From positions 5,618 to 69,617 of the forward strand of contig CAZDNS010000001.1 in the NCBI GenBank assembly GCA_964506845.1: a DNA stretch of 64,000 nt, read 5' to 3'. The first letter of the stretch is position 1, and every line of letters begins with the position of its first letter. The notes under the pieces are model-generated. The model searched no databases. It was given only the letters and a program-made list of their open reading frames with translations, and was not told the DNA's origin. A program made the translations under genes and the position numbers. Of the stretch, positions 29,834 to 40,170 are shown piece by piece. The DNA is from an uncultured Planctomycetia bacterium (GTDB lineage: Bacteria; Omnitrophota; Gorgyraeia; VGKN01).

Positions 29834-30013
29834 AAATGAAACCCAGACTTATGGAACGAAGTGACTATAAATATGCTGGTTGAATTTGACCCTTGACATT
29901 TTACCTTAGAAAAGTTGCATCCATAGCAAAATGTCAAGGGTTTAATTCGCAGACGCCCCAAAACTTCGGAGCTACAATTTACGTCACTACGTTCCATAAA
30001 TTGTCTGCTCATT
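29834..30013. mobile_element. Family C element, copy C1
   Basis: aaatgaa...cccttgacatttt/aaaatgtcaaggg...ctcatt long hairpin, then aaaaaaggagg. Confidence 0.8.
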
Positions 30014-30036
30014 GAAAAAAGGAGGTGAGAATCTAA

Positions 30037-30270
30037 ATGGCGGAAAAAGTCGCAAAGGCTGGCATCAAGAGAGAGAAGGGCTACCTGTATTATCTTGATA
30101 AGCAGGGTGACATCTCAAAGGCAAAGATGGCAAGAGGCGGAAAAAAGGGCGGAAATCCAAGTAAGGTCACAAAGCTTGGCGTAAAAAGAGCTGAAGGCTA
30201 TCTTTATTTTATTGACAAACACGGCGATGTCTCAAGAGCAAAGATGGCCCGAAAAGGAAAGAAAAGATAA
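30037..30270 (+). CDS. Small basic protein with an internal two-fold repeat
   Basis: KREKGYLYYLDKQGDISKAKMAR / KRAEGYLYFIDKHGDVSRAKMAR; strong RBS; own terminator. Confidence 0.85.
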   Translation: MAEKVAKAGIKREKGYLYYLDKQGDISKAKMARGGKKGGNPSKVTKLGVKRAEGYLYFIDKHGDVSRAKMARKGKKR

Positions 30271-30285
30271 TCTTTTTAAAAAAAT

Positions 30286-30328
30286 AATTTGAGCCCCCCT
30301 ATAAACTTTGACGGGGGCTCAAATTTTT
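30286..30328 (+). terminator. Intrinsic terminator
   Basis: aatttgagccccc / gggggctcaaatt plus T-run. Confidence 0.75.
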
Positions 30329-30442
30329 ACCCCATACCAAGTTTGCTTTGGTGCGGGGCACGCTTGCCACAGTGGTATGAGCCATATGGTACATACCAGT
30401 AGGATACCCCACGCGGTGTCTCATAAAGGCGTGGTACGGGGT
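30329..30442. mobile_element. Family A-prime element (ACCCC...GGGGT ends)
   Basis: accccatacca...tggtacggggt, 114 bp, with a left-end sub-hairpin as in family A. Confidence 0.65.
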
Positions 30443-30454
30443 TTACGGCACAAA

Positions 30455-33256
30455 ATGACAAATCAAAAAGAATACCTGATTATTAAAGGCGCAAGGCAGC
30501 ACAACCTGAAAAACATCAACTTAAGGATTCCTAAGAATTCCCTAACAGTTATAACGGGTATAAGCGGCTCAGGCAAAAGTTCTCTTGCCTTCGACACAAT
30601 ATATGCCGAGGGGCAGCGCCGCTATGTGGAAAGCCTGTCAAGTTATGCGCGGCAGTTTATGGAACAGCTTCAAAAACCCGATTACGATTATATGGAGGGC
30701 TTATCCCCTGCCATAGCAATAGAACAACGCACTGCAAGTTCCAACCCGCGTTCAACCGTGGCAACCCAAACTGAAATATACGACTATCTGCGTCTTTTGT
30801 TTGCGCGTATCGGAATTCCCTATTGCCATATCTGCGGGAAAAAGATTGTGCGTCAGACATCACAGGAAATTGTAGAGAAGATTATGGCTCTCTCTAACGC
30901 TACGAAACTGATAATACTTGCGCCCTTAGTAAGGTCGAGAAAGGGTGAATTCCAGACACTCCTTGAAAAGGCAAGAAGGGAGGGTTTTACGAGAGTCAGG
31001 ATAGACGGAAGACTATTAGAACTCTCCGAGACTATATCCCTTGAAAAAAATAAAAGGCACACAATAGAGGTGGTGGTGGATAGGCTTATCCTTAAGCCAG
31101 AGATAAAAAAACGCCTCAACGACTCTGTTGAAACCGGCCTAAGGACATCTAATGGTTTAATACTTATTCAGGATGTAGACAGAAAGACTGAACATATTTT
31201 TAACGAACAATACACCTGTATAGATTGCGGCATAAGTTTTGAGGAAATCTCGCCAAGGATGTTTTCTTTTAACAGCCCTTATGGCGCCTGCACGAGCTGC
31301 CTGGGTCTTGGCACAAGGCTGGAAATAGACCCTGACCTCGTAGTTCCGGATAAAACCAAATCTCTGAGAGAGGGCGCTATAGAACCCTGGAGAAAGATAG
31401 GTAAGTCCTCAGTCATATATTACGGTGCTTTGCTGCACGAACTCTCGCGGCAATATAATTTTAGTCTCGATACACCTTTTAACAAATTAAACAAGGAAAC
31501 GAGGAATATTATACTCTACGGCTCCGACACTCCCCTATTTGGCAGACCCTTTGAAGGGGTAATAGCAAATCTGGAAAGAAGATTCAGCCAGACAGACAGC
31601 GACTACATAAAGGCAGAACTTCATAAATATATGAGTATGCTCGCCTGCCCCTCCTGCAAGGGCGCAAGACTAAAAGCAGAAAGCTTATCCGTAAGGATAG
31701 GCGACAAAAATATAATTGATGTCACCCGATTAACCGCTGAAGAAGCCCTAAATTTTTTCAAAAATCTCTCCCTTTCAGAGACCGAATATAAAATTTCATA
31801 CCAAATCCTGAAAGAGATTAAACTCAGGCTTACTTTTATGCTGGATGTCGGTATCGGATACCTCACGCTTGACAGACAGAGTTCCACCCTTTCCGGCGGT
31901 GAGGCGCAGAGAATAAGGCTTGCCACACAGATAGGCTCCGGGCTTACAGGAGTGCTTTATATATTGGACGAACCGAGTATCGGACTTCATCAAAGGGATA
32001 ATGCGAAACTCCTTGCTACACTAAAGGCACTGCGCGACCTCGGTAATACCCTGATAGTGGTAGAGCATGATGAGTTTACTATAAGAAATGCTGATTATAT
32101 TGTTGACCTCGGCCCTGGTGCCGGCAAACACGGAGGCCATATTGTAACATGCGGCAACCTAAGCGAGGTGCTTAAAGACAATGACTCCCTTACCGCAAGG
32201 TATCTAAAAGGCGTCCTTAGAATAGGCGTGCCAAAACGAAGGGATTTAAGAAACAGGGAGCACCTTATAGTAAAAGGAGCGGCTGAACATAATCTAAAAA
32301 ATATCGATGTTAAAATTCCAGTGGGCTTATTTATATGCATAACAGGGGTTTCTGGCTCAGGAAAGAGCACCTTGATTTACGAAATTCTATACAGAGCCCT
32401 TGCGCAAAAATTATACAAATCAAAAATCAAACCCGGAAGATTCAGCGAGATAACAGGACACAATCTCATAGATAAGGTAATTGTTATAGACCAATCGCCT
32501 ATAGGCAGGACCCCGCGTTCAAACCCCGCCACTTATACCGAAACCTTTGGTTTAATAAGGGATTTATTCTCCAAAACAAAGGAATCAAGAATAAGAGGAT
32601 ACAGGCCCGGAAGGTTCAGTTTTAACGTTAAGGGCGGAAGGTGCGAGGCGTGCAGGGGCGACGGGTTAAAACACATAGAGATGCACTTTCTGCCGGATGT
32701 CTACGTAGTCTGTGAGGTATGCAAGGGAAAAAGATTTAACGAGCAAACACTAGAGATAAAATACAAGGGGAAATCCATTGCCGATGTGCTCGAGATGACT
32801 GTTGAAGACGCACTTATTCTATTTAGCGACATCCCAAGAATAAAACAGAAACTATCAACTATCAACGATGTGGGCTTAGGATATATAGAACTCGGGCAAA
32901 ATGCAACTACCCTATCCGGAGGGGAAGCCCAGCGTATAAAATTGGCTGCTGAATTAAGCCATCGCGCCACAGGAAAAACCCTCTATATACTTGATGAGCC
33001 TACAACCGGACTGCACTTTGCCGATATAGAAAAACTGCTCAAAATACTACAGGCCCTTGCGGACGGCGGCAATACGGTTATCGTAATTGAGCATAATCTT
33101 GACATAATAAAATGCGCTGATTATATAATAGATCTTGGCCCTGAGGGTGGTTCAAACGGCGGATTTATAGTTGCAGAAGGCTCTCCGGAAGAAATTTCTG
33201 AAAATCCAAAATCATATACAGGTCAATATATTAAAAGTTTGCTGGCTCGAAGGTAA
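30455..33256 (+). CDS. uvrA: Excinuclease ABC subunit A
   Basis: GARQHNLKN, two Walker A motifs, LSGGEAQRI twice, Zn fingers; start reassigned to 30455. Confidence 0.97.
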   Translation: MTNQKEYLIIKGARQHNLKNINLRIPKNSLTVITGISGSGKSSLAFDTIYAEGQRRYVESLSSYARQFMEQLQKPDYDYMEGLSPAIAIEQRTASSNPRSTVATQTEIYDYLRLLFARIGIPYCHICGKKIVRQTSQEIVEKIMALSNATKLIILAPLVRSRKGEFQTLLEKARREGFTRVRIDGRLLELSETISLEKNKRHTIEVVVDRLILKPEIKKRLNDSVETGLRTSNGLILIQDVDRKTEHIFNEQYTCIDCGISFEEISPRMFSFNSPYGACTSCLGLGTRLEIDPDLVVPDKTKSLREGAIEPWRKIGKSSVIYYGALLHELSRQYNFSLDTPFNKLNKETRNIILYGSDTPLFGRPFEGVIANLERRFSQTDSDYIKAELHKYMSMLACPSCKGARLKAESLSVRIGDKNIIDVTRLTAEEALNFFKNLSLSETEYKISYQILKEIKLRLTFMLDVGIGYLTLDRQSSTLSGGEAQRIRLATQIGSGLTGVLYILDEPSIGLHQRDNAKLLATLKALRDLGNTLIVVEHDEFTIRNADYIVDLGPGAGKHGGHIVTCGNLSEVLKDNDSLTARYLKGVLRIGVPKRRDLRNREHLIVKGAAEHNLKNIDVKIPVGLFICITGVSGSGKSTLIYEILYRALAQKLYKSKIKPGRFSEITGHNLIDKVIVIDQSPIGRTPRSNPATYTETFGLIRDLFSKTKESRIRGYRPGRFSFNVKGGRCEACRGDGLKHIEMHFLPDVYVVCEVCKGKRFNEQTLEIKYKGKSIADVLEMTVEDALILFSDIPRIKQKLSTINDVGLGYIELGQNATTLSGGEAQRIKLAAELSHRATGKTLYILDEPTTGLHFADIEKLLKILQALADGGNTVIVIEHNLDIIKCADYIIDLGPEGGSNGGFIVAEGSPEEISENPKSYTGQYIKSLLARR

Positions 33257-33347
33257 CCCCCTGCTCCCATAAAACCTCGTTCTTCAGAACAGGTATGAAG
33301 GCCTGTGATTAAGATATCTTTCCCAAAAACCCACAGGTAAAAAGATA

Positions 33348-33376
33348 TTGAATAAAAAGAATAAAAATGATAAAAT
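33348..33376 (+). promoter_or_regulatory. Sigma70-type promoter
   Basis: TTGAAT-17-TAAAAT with TGn extension. Confidence 0.55.
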
Positions 33377-33400
33377 TACAAGATTATTATATAAGTTTTT

Positions 33401-35872
33401 ATGAGAAAATTTTTAATTTTTAGTATAATTGTATCAAGCGTATTCTTTTCATATAACCAAGATGGTATTACGCAACCCACTGATACAGAAGATTTTACGG
33501 CTATAAAAAAATCTTTTCAGGATGGGTTTTATAAAATAACCCTGAGTCAACTTGAAGACTTTATAAAAAAATACCCGACTTCGGATGAAATAAGCGAGGC
33601 CCACCTATTATTAGGGATATCGCTATATTATTTGGAAAAATATGAAAAAGCCGCTTTCGAATTTGAATATCTGATAAATTCTGCCGGGGGAAGCCTCTTT
33701 GAAGATGAAATCCTTTACTGGCTTGGCGAGACTTATATCAAGCGCTCTGACTTTAAGAGTTCTTTAGAGTCCTTTCAAAAACTTATAGACAGATTCCCAA
33801 ATTCAAAATTTTTAGAACATGCGTATTATTCAAAGGGTTTTTGCCTTTTTAACCAAAAGGAATATGCTAAAGCCTTTGAAGTGTTTGAGGAATTTTTAAA
33901 GACCTTTCCGGCGAGCGCGCTTTCACAGGATGTAAAGTTTATGCGTTCAGACTCCCTTTTCAACCTGAAGGCTTACGAAGAGGCTTTAAAAAAAATAGAC
34001 GAATTTATGGAAGATTTTCCCATGAGTAAATACACACTACAGTGCTATCTACGAAAGGGTGATATATATTTTAATATAGGCCAATATGACAAAGCGCAAT
34101 CCTTTTACCAAAGGGTTATCTCTATGCAGTCAAAAACACACTTTGCTATGTATGCCACCTATGGACTGGCACAGTCCTATTTTAAGCAGGCCCGTTACAA
34201 AGATGCCCTTACCAATTACGAGACAGTAAAGGAATACTTCTACAAGGAGCCTATAGCTATCTCTGCCTTATTTTCGATAGCGAGATGCTTTGACAACCTT
34301 GGAGAATACGAAAACTCGCTAGGAGTGTATAATGAAATCATTTCAAAATACCCAAAAAGTGAATTTAGTGACGATGCCTTTTTCTGGAAGGCGAACTGTT
34401 ATTTTGAAATGAAGAAATATGAGGAGAGCATATCGGTATATAACGATGCTATAATAAGATTCCCTAATAGCGATTTGATAGACGATATGTATTATAACAT
34501 TGCATGGTCATACCTGAAAATAAAGGACTATAAAAATGCCATAGAGTCTTTTAGAACTGTTTTAAATAAATCCGATGATAATCTATTTAAAATTGGAGCG
34601 CTTTGCAGAATTGGCGATATATATCTGGAAACTGATAATCCCGGCCAGGCCTTAGATACATACGACCAGGCACTAAGGGAATATGCCTCTAATCCCTATA
34701 GCGATTATGCCCAGTATCAACTCGGAGTTTCACTCTCAAAACTAAACAGAATTGATTCGGCGATTCTGGCATTTTCAAGCCTTATATCAAATTTCCCAAA
34801 CAGCAAACTTAAGGACGATTCCCGCTTCCAATTGGGACAGCTTTACCTATCCAAGGGAAACTATGCACAGGCAAAGCAGGAATTCAAAGAGATAATCAAT
34901 GATATTATCGAAAGCCCGCTAAAAAAAGAGGCTTTTTTTGCAACCGGAATATGTCTTTATAACGAGAGGGATTACTCAAGGGCGGTAAAAACCTTTAAGC
35001 AAATAATAAAAGACTATGCCGACGAACCTATAGTTGACAGGGCAAGATACCAACTTATTTACTGCTACATTCAATCTGGTTTTGAGAAAGAAGCCCTGAA
35101 TGAATTTAAGGAGATGTTATCTAAAAATCCCGCAAGTCTCGTATGTGCGGATACGTATTTTCTGCTAGGTGAATATTTTTTAAGTATTAATAAATTTGAC
35201 AGGGCAGAAGATTTTTTTTCCAAGGTTATCTTGAATTTTCCAAATCACGAACTTATAGATAAGGCGCTCTACTTAAGCGGTGTAAGCCTATACAGGACAG
35301 GTAAAATAAACTTGGCGATAAAAAAATTTGAAGCGGTGTACCATAATTATCCATCCAGCACCTTTGCGGCTGAGTCTATGCTAATGAGCGCCGATATACT
35401 TATTTCAAGGGGAAAGCTCGAATCTGCGATGCAACGGCTTGATGACATTATAACAAAATTACCAAATACAAATTACTCCCTCCTGGCATATAAGAAGAAA
35501 GCGGAGATCTTAAAATCAACTGGTAAGCCAGGCTCTGCAATCGAATACTTTAATAAAGCAATAGGAGGATTGGGAAATGATATAGACGCCGAAATACAGT
35601 TTATGATAGGTGAATCTTATGAAGATGTGCACCGCTACGAGGAGGCAATAAGGGAATATCTAAGGGTAACCTATTTGTACCCCTATTCAAGCTATTGGAC
35701 CATAAAATCACTTTTCAGGACAGCCGGTATTTTTGAGCGCCTGGAAAAATGGGGAGAGGCTAAAAAGCTTTATGAAAAATTAGTGATTTTGAATGTAGAT
35801 GAATCAAAATACGCAAAAGAAAAACTCGAATGGATAGAAACCAAAATAACTAACCAAAATCTAACTTACTAG
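33401..35872 (+). CDS. Large secreted tetratricopeptide-repeat protein
   Basis: Signal peptide; many TPRs with YP.S motifs; upstream of exbBD-tonB. Confidence 0.9.
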   Translation: MRKFLIFSIIVSSVFFSYNQDGITQPTDTEDFTAIKKSFQDGFYKITLSQLEDFIKKYPTSDEISEAHLLLGISLYYLEKYEKAAFEFEYLINSAGGSLFEDEILYWLGETYIKRSDFKSSLESFQKLIDRFPNSKFLEHAYYSKGFCLFNQKEYAKAFEVFEEFLKTFPASALSQDVKFMRSDSLFNLKAYEEALKKIDEFMEDFPMSKYTLQCYLRKGDIYFNIGQYDKAQSFYQRVISMQSKTHFAMYATYGLAQSYFKQARYKDALTNYETVKEYFYKEPIAISALFSIARCFDNLGEYENSLGVYNEIISKYPKSEFSDDAFFWKANCYFEMKKYEESISVYNDAIIRFPNSDLIDDMYYNIAWSYLKIKDYKNAIESFRTVLNKSDDNLFKIGALCRIGDIYLETDNPGQALDTYDQALREYASNPYSDYAQYQLGVSLSKLNRIDSAILAFSSLISNFPNSKLKDDSRFQLGQLYLSKGNYAQAKQEFKEIINDIIESPLKKEAFFATGICLYNERDYSRAVKTFKQIIKDYADEPIVDRARYQLIYCYIQSGFEKEALNEFKEMLSKNPASLVCADTYFLLGEYFLSINKFDRAEDFFSKVILNFPNHELIDKALYLSGVSLYRTGKINLAIKKFEAVYHNYPSSTFAAESMLMSADILISRGKLESAMQRLDDIITKLPNTNYSLLAYKKKAEILKSTGKPGSAIEYFNKAIGGLGNDIDAEIQFMIGESYEDVHRYEEAIREYLRVTYLYPYSSYWTIKSLFRTAGIFERLEKWGEAKKLYEKLVILNVDESKYAKEKLEWIETKITNQNLTY

Positions 35873-35875
35873 GTC

Positions 35876-35982
35876 AAATGAAGACGCAGTTTATGAAACG
35901 ATAGTGAACATAAATTGCATGGCAGACGTCCCGAAGTTTCGGGACTATACTTGACATCTTCGATGTCAAGTATCTACTCATT
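35876..35982. mobile_element. Family C element, copy C2
   Basis: aaatgaagac...atacttgacatc-ttc-gatgtcaagtat...ctcatt then aaaggagg; nested gtcccgaagtttcgggac. Confidence 0.8.
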
Positions 35983-35995
35983 AAAGGAGGTTTTT

Positions 35996-36628
35996 ATGCT
36001 CAATATGATACAAAAGGGCGGGCCTGTGATGTATCCGATAACACTCTGTTCGATTCTTTCGCTGGCCATAATTATCGAAAGATTATACCATCTTTATACC
36101 GCAAAAATTGATACCAAAAAATTTATGTCTAGCATCCTAAACACCTTAAAGAGAAACAGAATAATGGAGGCAATAGATTTATGCGATAAAACGCCGGGGC
36201 CTATCGCCCGCATCCTTAAGGCAGGGATGCTCAAACATGACCGCACGAGGCAGGAAATACGAGAGGCTATAGAAGATGCGGGACTACATGAAGTGCCGAG
36301 GCTTGAGCGAAATCTGGGCGCCCTTGCAACAATAGCGCATATATCGCCGCTCTTGGGGCTTCTGGGAACAGTAACAGGTATGGTGCGGTGTTTTCAGGTA
36401 ATTCAGCAGAAAGCCACTACCTTAAACCCTGTAAGTCCGGGCGACCTTGCAGGAGGCATATGGGAGGCTCTGATAACTACCGTAGCAGGCCTTATCGTCG
36501 CCATACCAACCTATGTGGCTTATAATTATCTCATCAGTCAGGTAGACAATCTGGTGCTGGATATGGAAACCTCCGCAACCGAACTGACAAATATCCTTTC
36601 CCAGAGGAGAGAATCCCATGAGGCTTAA
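35996..36628 (+). CDS. MotA/TolQ/ExbB proton channel protein
   Basis: SPLLGLLGTVTGM, GIWEALITTVAGL. Confidence 0.92.
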   Translation: MLNMIQKGGPVMYPITLCSILSLAIIIERLYHLYTAKIDTKKFMSSILNTLKRNRIMEAIDLCDKTPGPIARILKAGMLKHDRTRQEIREAIEDAGLHEVPRLERNLGALATIAHISPLLGLLGTVTGMVRCFQVIQQKATTLNPVSPGDLAGGIWEALITTVAGLIVAIPTYVAYNYLISQVDNLVLDMETSATELTNILSQRRESHEA

Positions 36629-37031
36629 AAGACATTTAGAGATAGAAAAGGGGCTTAAGCAACTCGATATTGCACCTTTGATAGATGTGGTGTTCCAACT
36701 TTTGATATTTTTTATGCTGACCTCAAGTTTCATATTCCAGCCCGGCATAAAGATAAATCTCCCTAAGGCGGTGACATCTGAAATCGTAAAAGAAAAAAAT
36801 CTGCTTATAACTGTTACCTCTGAGAATCTTATATACTTAAACAACAGGCCGGTAACTACCCGCGAGTTGGTGAATGAATTAAAAACAGCTGCCAAAGAAA
36901 ACAGGCCGCTCTTAATAAACGCAGATAGAAAAGCCTCGTTAGGAAGAGTGGTGGAGATATGGGACCTCTGTCGTGCCCAGGGTATTTCTCAGGTAAATAT
37001 TGCGACAAACCAGGAAATACCGGCAAGGTAA
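36618..37031 (+). CDS. ExbD/TolR family protein
   Basis: IAPLIDVVFQLLIFFML. Confidence 0.92.
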   Translation: MRLKRHLEIEKGLKQLDIAPLIDVVFQLLIFFMLTSSFIFQPGIKINLPKAVTSEIVKEKNLLITVTSENLIYLNNRPVTTRELVNELKTAAKENRPLLINADRKASLGRVVEIWDLCRAQGISQVNIATNQEIPAR

Positions 37032-37032
37032 T

Positions 37033-37719
37033 ATGACTATAAAAAAACCTTTTTTATTAGCTTTAATTCTTTCTGCTATCTGGCATTTTATTTGGATGAT
37101 TTCAATAAACGTAGTTGTGCTGCCAAGCAATTTGCTTTTTATGAAGAATACAGATGTCTCATTCCTTGGCTCCTTTCTAAATGAAGTATTTGTGGAAAGA
37201 GTGCATATAAAAGAAACCGCTTTTTTTACAAAACCTAAGATCGTTCCTTCGTATATGCTTAAAACTCCCAAGCCGGATGAAAACCTAATCGCCCTTACTA
37301 ATTCACCGCGGTACCAGAATATTATTTACGAAAGATATTTTTTTACAGAGTCAAAACCCTTTATAAAAAAAATTAACCCTGAATATACCTTTGTCAATGA
37401 AAGTATATCCCCTCCGAAGGGAAATGAACTAATAGGCGAGGAGGCACGTTCAAGGATCCTCTTTACAAAACCGCCCTTTCCAAGATATACCAAGGCTTAT
37501 CAAGAACTTGAGGGCACTTTTGAGATAGACGTTGATTTTCTGGTTACGCCTTATGGCGAGGTTTATTTTCCAAGGGTAATCCGTTCCTCGGGTTATCCTG
37601 ACATAGACCGCTTAGCGGTTGATTATACGAGAAGGCTAAAATTTAACCCCTTATCATTAAACCAAAAACAAAAAGACCAGAGAGGGACTATAAAGGTCAA
37701 CGTTTCTTGCGACAAATGA
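37033..37719 (+). CDS. TonB-like energy transducer
   Basis: N-terminal TM with SxxxH; C-terminal SSGYPDIDRLA. Confidence 0.7.
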   Translation: MTIKKPFLLALILSAIWHFIWMISINVVVLPSNLLFMKNTDVSFLGSFLNEVFVERVHIKETAFFTKPKIVPSYMLKTPKPDENLIALTNSPRYQNIIYERYFFTESKPFIKKINPEYTFVNESISPPKGNELIGEEARSRILFTKPPFPRYTKAYQELEGTFEIDVDFLVTPYGEVYFPRVIRSSGYPDIDRLAVDYTRRLKFNPLSLNQKQKDQRGTIKVNVSCDK

Positions 37720-37952
37720 TAAAGCTGGATTTATCCACTTTCGTGTCGCTCCATATTTTTATCTCAGTGATCGTGGTATTAATATGCTGGATCTTCTTTG
37801 AGATAAGGGCACGCATAGACGGAATAAAAAGCGAGGAAAAACATATATGGCGTTGCAATATATGCGCTAACGTATATATCGACAGCCTGAGCGATGAATT
37901 ATCAAAATGTCCTAACTGCGGCAGTTTTATAAAAAGACAACAGCAAAATTAA
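37716..37952 (+). CDS. Small membrane protein with Zn-ribbon
   Basis: TM helix then CNIC...CPNCG. Confidence 0.7.
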   Translation: MIKLDLSTFVSLHIFISVIVVLICWIFFEIRARIDGIKSEEKHIWRCNICANVYIDSLSDELSKCPNCGSFIKRQQQN

Positions 37953-38103
37953 ATGAAGACACAACTTATGCCTGCCTGTCGGCAGACAGGGAATGCAATG
38001 ACATAAGCTGTGTGTCTGAATTTACCCTTGACATCTTCGATGTCAAGGGTCCAACTCGCACAGCAACTTATGTTCACTTTGTTCCATAAGTTGTGTGCTC
38101 ATA
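37951..38103. mobile_element. Family C element copy C3 with nested B insert (37971-37990)
   Basis: aaatgaagacacaacttatg[cctgcctgtcggcagacagg]gaa...cccttgacatcttcgatgtcaaggg...ctcata then ggagg. Confidence 0.85.
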
Positions 38104-38115
38104 GGAGGTTATAAA

Positions 38116-38388
38116 ATGTCACAACATTCGAGCCTAAGATCAAGAGGAGTGAGTAAAAGACATAGAAGTGTCTTTAAAAGATTCGAAAGAATTAAAATAC
38201 TTAAGAAAGAGGGTAAGTGGACACAGAACGATTCGATATTCGGCCTTCCTAAGGTTAAATCCATTAAAATCAAGGTCAAGAAAGAAAAAGCACTGGAAGA
38301 AAAAACCGCCGAAGCAACAGTCCAGCCAACCCCGGCAGTTAGTGCTCCACCTGAAACCAAAAAAAAGGAAGAGAAGCCAAAGAAATGA
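38116..38388 (+). CDS. PVC-superphylum small basic protein (TIGR04137-like)
   Basis: MSQHSSL...RSVFKRFERI..L...GKW....SIFGLPKVK. Confidence 0.85.
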   Translation: MSQHSSLRSRGVSKRHRSVFKRFERIKILKKEGKWTQNDSIFGLPKVKSIKIKVKKEKALEEKTAEATVQPTPAVSAPPETKKKEEKPKK

Positions 38389-39539
38389 GGAGTTTATTTC
38401 TAGTATTTACTATATTCTTTTTCTTTTCCATGGCAGCAAGCCCCGTTAGAGAACAAAATTCTCTAACTGCCTGGGCTGATAATGATTTTAAATCACCATT
38501 GGCTTTAAACAGTAACGACCCCAGATTAAAGTCGGCGGCTTTCTCTAACGGGGTAAACGGACAGGAGAACAAGCCTTTTATTGGAGAGATAACTTCTGAC
38601 AGGGTAAATGTAAGGGCAGGCCCGGATTTAAACTTCGAGATAATATATAGCCTCGATAAAGGCCAGAAGATAGAGGTTAAAGAGGAACAGTTCGGCTGGT
38701 ACAGGATACAGCTGCCAGAAGAGTGTGTTCTTTATATAAATAAGGAATTCGTAAGCAAGGATGCGGATAATTACCTGGCAAAAGCGGAAGGGGTAAACGT
38801 AAGGTCGGGGGCAGGTTTTGAATTTAACGTAGTGGGGCAATTATCAAAGGGAAGCAAAATCGAGGTTATCAGGGAGGAGCTTAAGTGGTACGGTATAAAA
38901 GCGACGCCCGATTGCTCCGGATGGGTCAATTCAAAATATATAAGATTTTATGAAACTATGGAGAAGTATAAGCTCGACCTGGCGAGGAAAGAGGCGGCAG
39001 GGAAAAATTATTCTAAGATACTATCAAATTATACCCGCGAGTTAAAACAAAATATATCCGATATGAAACTTGAGCCAATCCGTGCGGATTTTGAAAGATT
39101 TCTTGTTGATTATCCCGATACGCCCCAGGCAAAACTAGCCCAAGAAAAAATAGACGAAATAAATTTAAAATTACTCGAAATAGAACATCTAAAGACGAGG
39201 GAGAGTTTAAAAGAAGCCCGGCAGGAATTTAGAGAGGCGAAGAGACTAATAGATGAAAAAATATCTCTCATAGATAATATAGCCCAAATAAAAACTAACG
39301 TAAGAAAGGACCCGCCAGCCTACGTTGGGACAATAGAGGATGTCGGTATTTTATGGAACAGGCCTGCCAGGCATAAACTCTGCAATGAGAATAAAGAAAT
39401 CTTATGTTATCTTGCATCAGAAAAAATAGATTTAAACCGATTCATTTACAGAAAGGTAAGACTATGGGGAAAGGCTGAACCCCTACCCAACTCAGAGAAG
39501 AAATTGCTAAGGGTAAGTTATCTGGAAGAAATGGATTAA
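38385..39539 (+). CDS. Secreted tandem SH3b-domain protein with in-frame element A3
   Basis: VNVRAGP...GWYRI and VNVRSGA...KWYGI; coiled coil. Confidence 0.85.
   Translation: MRSLFLVFTIFFFFSMAASPVREQNSLTAWADNDFKSPLALNSNDPRLKSAAFSNGVNGQENKPFIGEITSDRVNVRAGPDLNFEIIYSLDKGQKIEVKEEQFGWYRIQLPEECVLYINKEFVSKDADNYLAKAEGVNVRSGAGFEFNVVGQLSKGSKIEVIREELKWYGIKATPDCSGWVNSKYIRFYETMEKYKLDLARKEAAGKNYSKILSNYTRELKQNISDMKLEPIRADFERFLVDYPDTPQAKLAQEKIDEINLKLLEIEHLKTRESLKEARQEFREAKRLIDEKISLIDNIAQIKTNVRKDPPAYVGTIEDVGILWNRPARHKLCNENKEILCYLASEKIDLNRFIYRKVRLWGKAEPLPNSEKKLLRVSYLEEMD
38440..38554. mobile_element. Family A element copy A3, in frame inside the SH3 gene
   Basis: ccccgttagagaa...ttctctaacggggt; translates as SPVREQ...AAFSNGVN with no stop. 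Confidence 0.88.
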
Positions 39540-39540
39540 T

Positions 39541-40170
39541 ATGCCTGCTACATTTATATTATCAGTGCCGATTTTTTTGTTTGCGATAATAGCGCACGAA
39601 TATTCGCATGGGCTTACCGCATATCTTCTAGGAGACCCCACCCCCAAGCTTTATAGACGGCTTACCCTTAATCCAATTTATCATATCGACCTTTTCGGCA
39701 CTGTTATATTGCCACTGATTTTAGTTGCAGGACACTCCCCTGTGGTCTTCGGCTGGGCAAAGCCTGTTCCCATAAATTTTTCGAATTTTAAAAACCCCAG
39801 AATGGATACAGTTCTGGTAGGCCTTTCCGGCCCGCTTGCGAATTTAGGAATGGCAATTTTTATTTCCTTGTTATTAAGGCTGGGTATTGGATTTTTAAGC
39901 GAGGAAGTTATATTTTTTATTAAACTTTCTGTTTTAATAAATCTTGTTTTGGCTATTTTTAATCTGCTGCCAATTCCGCCGTTAGACGGTTCAAAGGTGG
40001 TTTTGGGAATCCTGCCCAAGAGAGCTATAAAAACCTTCCTGTTTTTAGAACCCTACGGAATAATAGTCCTTGTTATCCTTTTGTGGATAGGCATAATAAA
40101 TAAATTTGTCCTTCCTATTGTATTGTATCTCGCAAAAATACTATGCGGTTCCGTTGATATCGGATTATGA
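39541..40170 (+). CDS. Site-2 protease (M50) family protein
   Basis: HEYSH, GWAKPVP, FNLLPIPPLDG. Confidence 0.92.
   Translation: MPATFILSVPIFLFAIIAHEYSHGLTAYLLGDPTPKLYRRLTLNPIYHIDLFGTVILPLILVAGHSPVVFGWAKPVPINFSNFKNPRMDTVLVGLSGPLANLGMAIFISLLLRLGIGFLSEEVIFFIKLSVLINLVLAIFNLLPIPPLDGSKVVLGILPKRAIKTFLFLEPYGIIVLVILLWIGIINKFVLPIVLYLAKILCGSVDIGL

Noticed and set aside
29806-30012. 68-aa minus-strand ORF
   Set aside because: Coincides with palindromic element C1 and has no protein features.
30308-30454. 49-aa N-terminal extension of UvrA in the ORF track
   Set aside because: Runs through a terminator and element A'; homology begins at ATG 30455.
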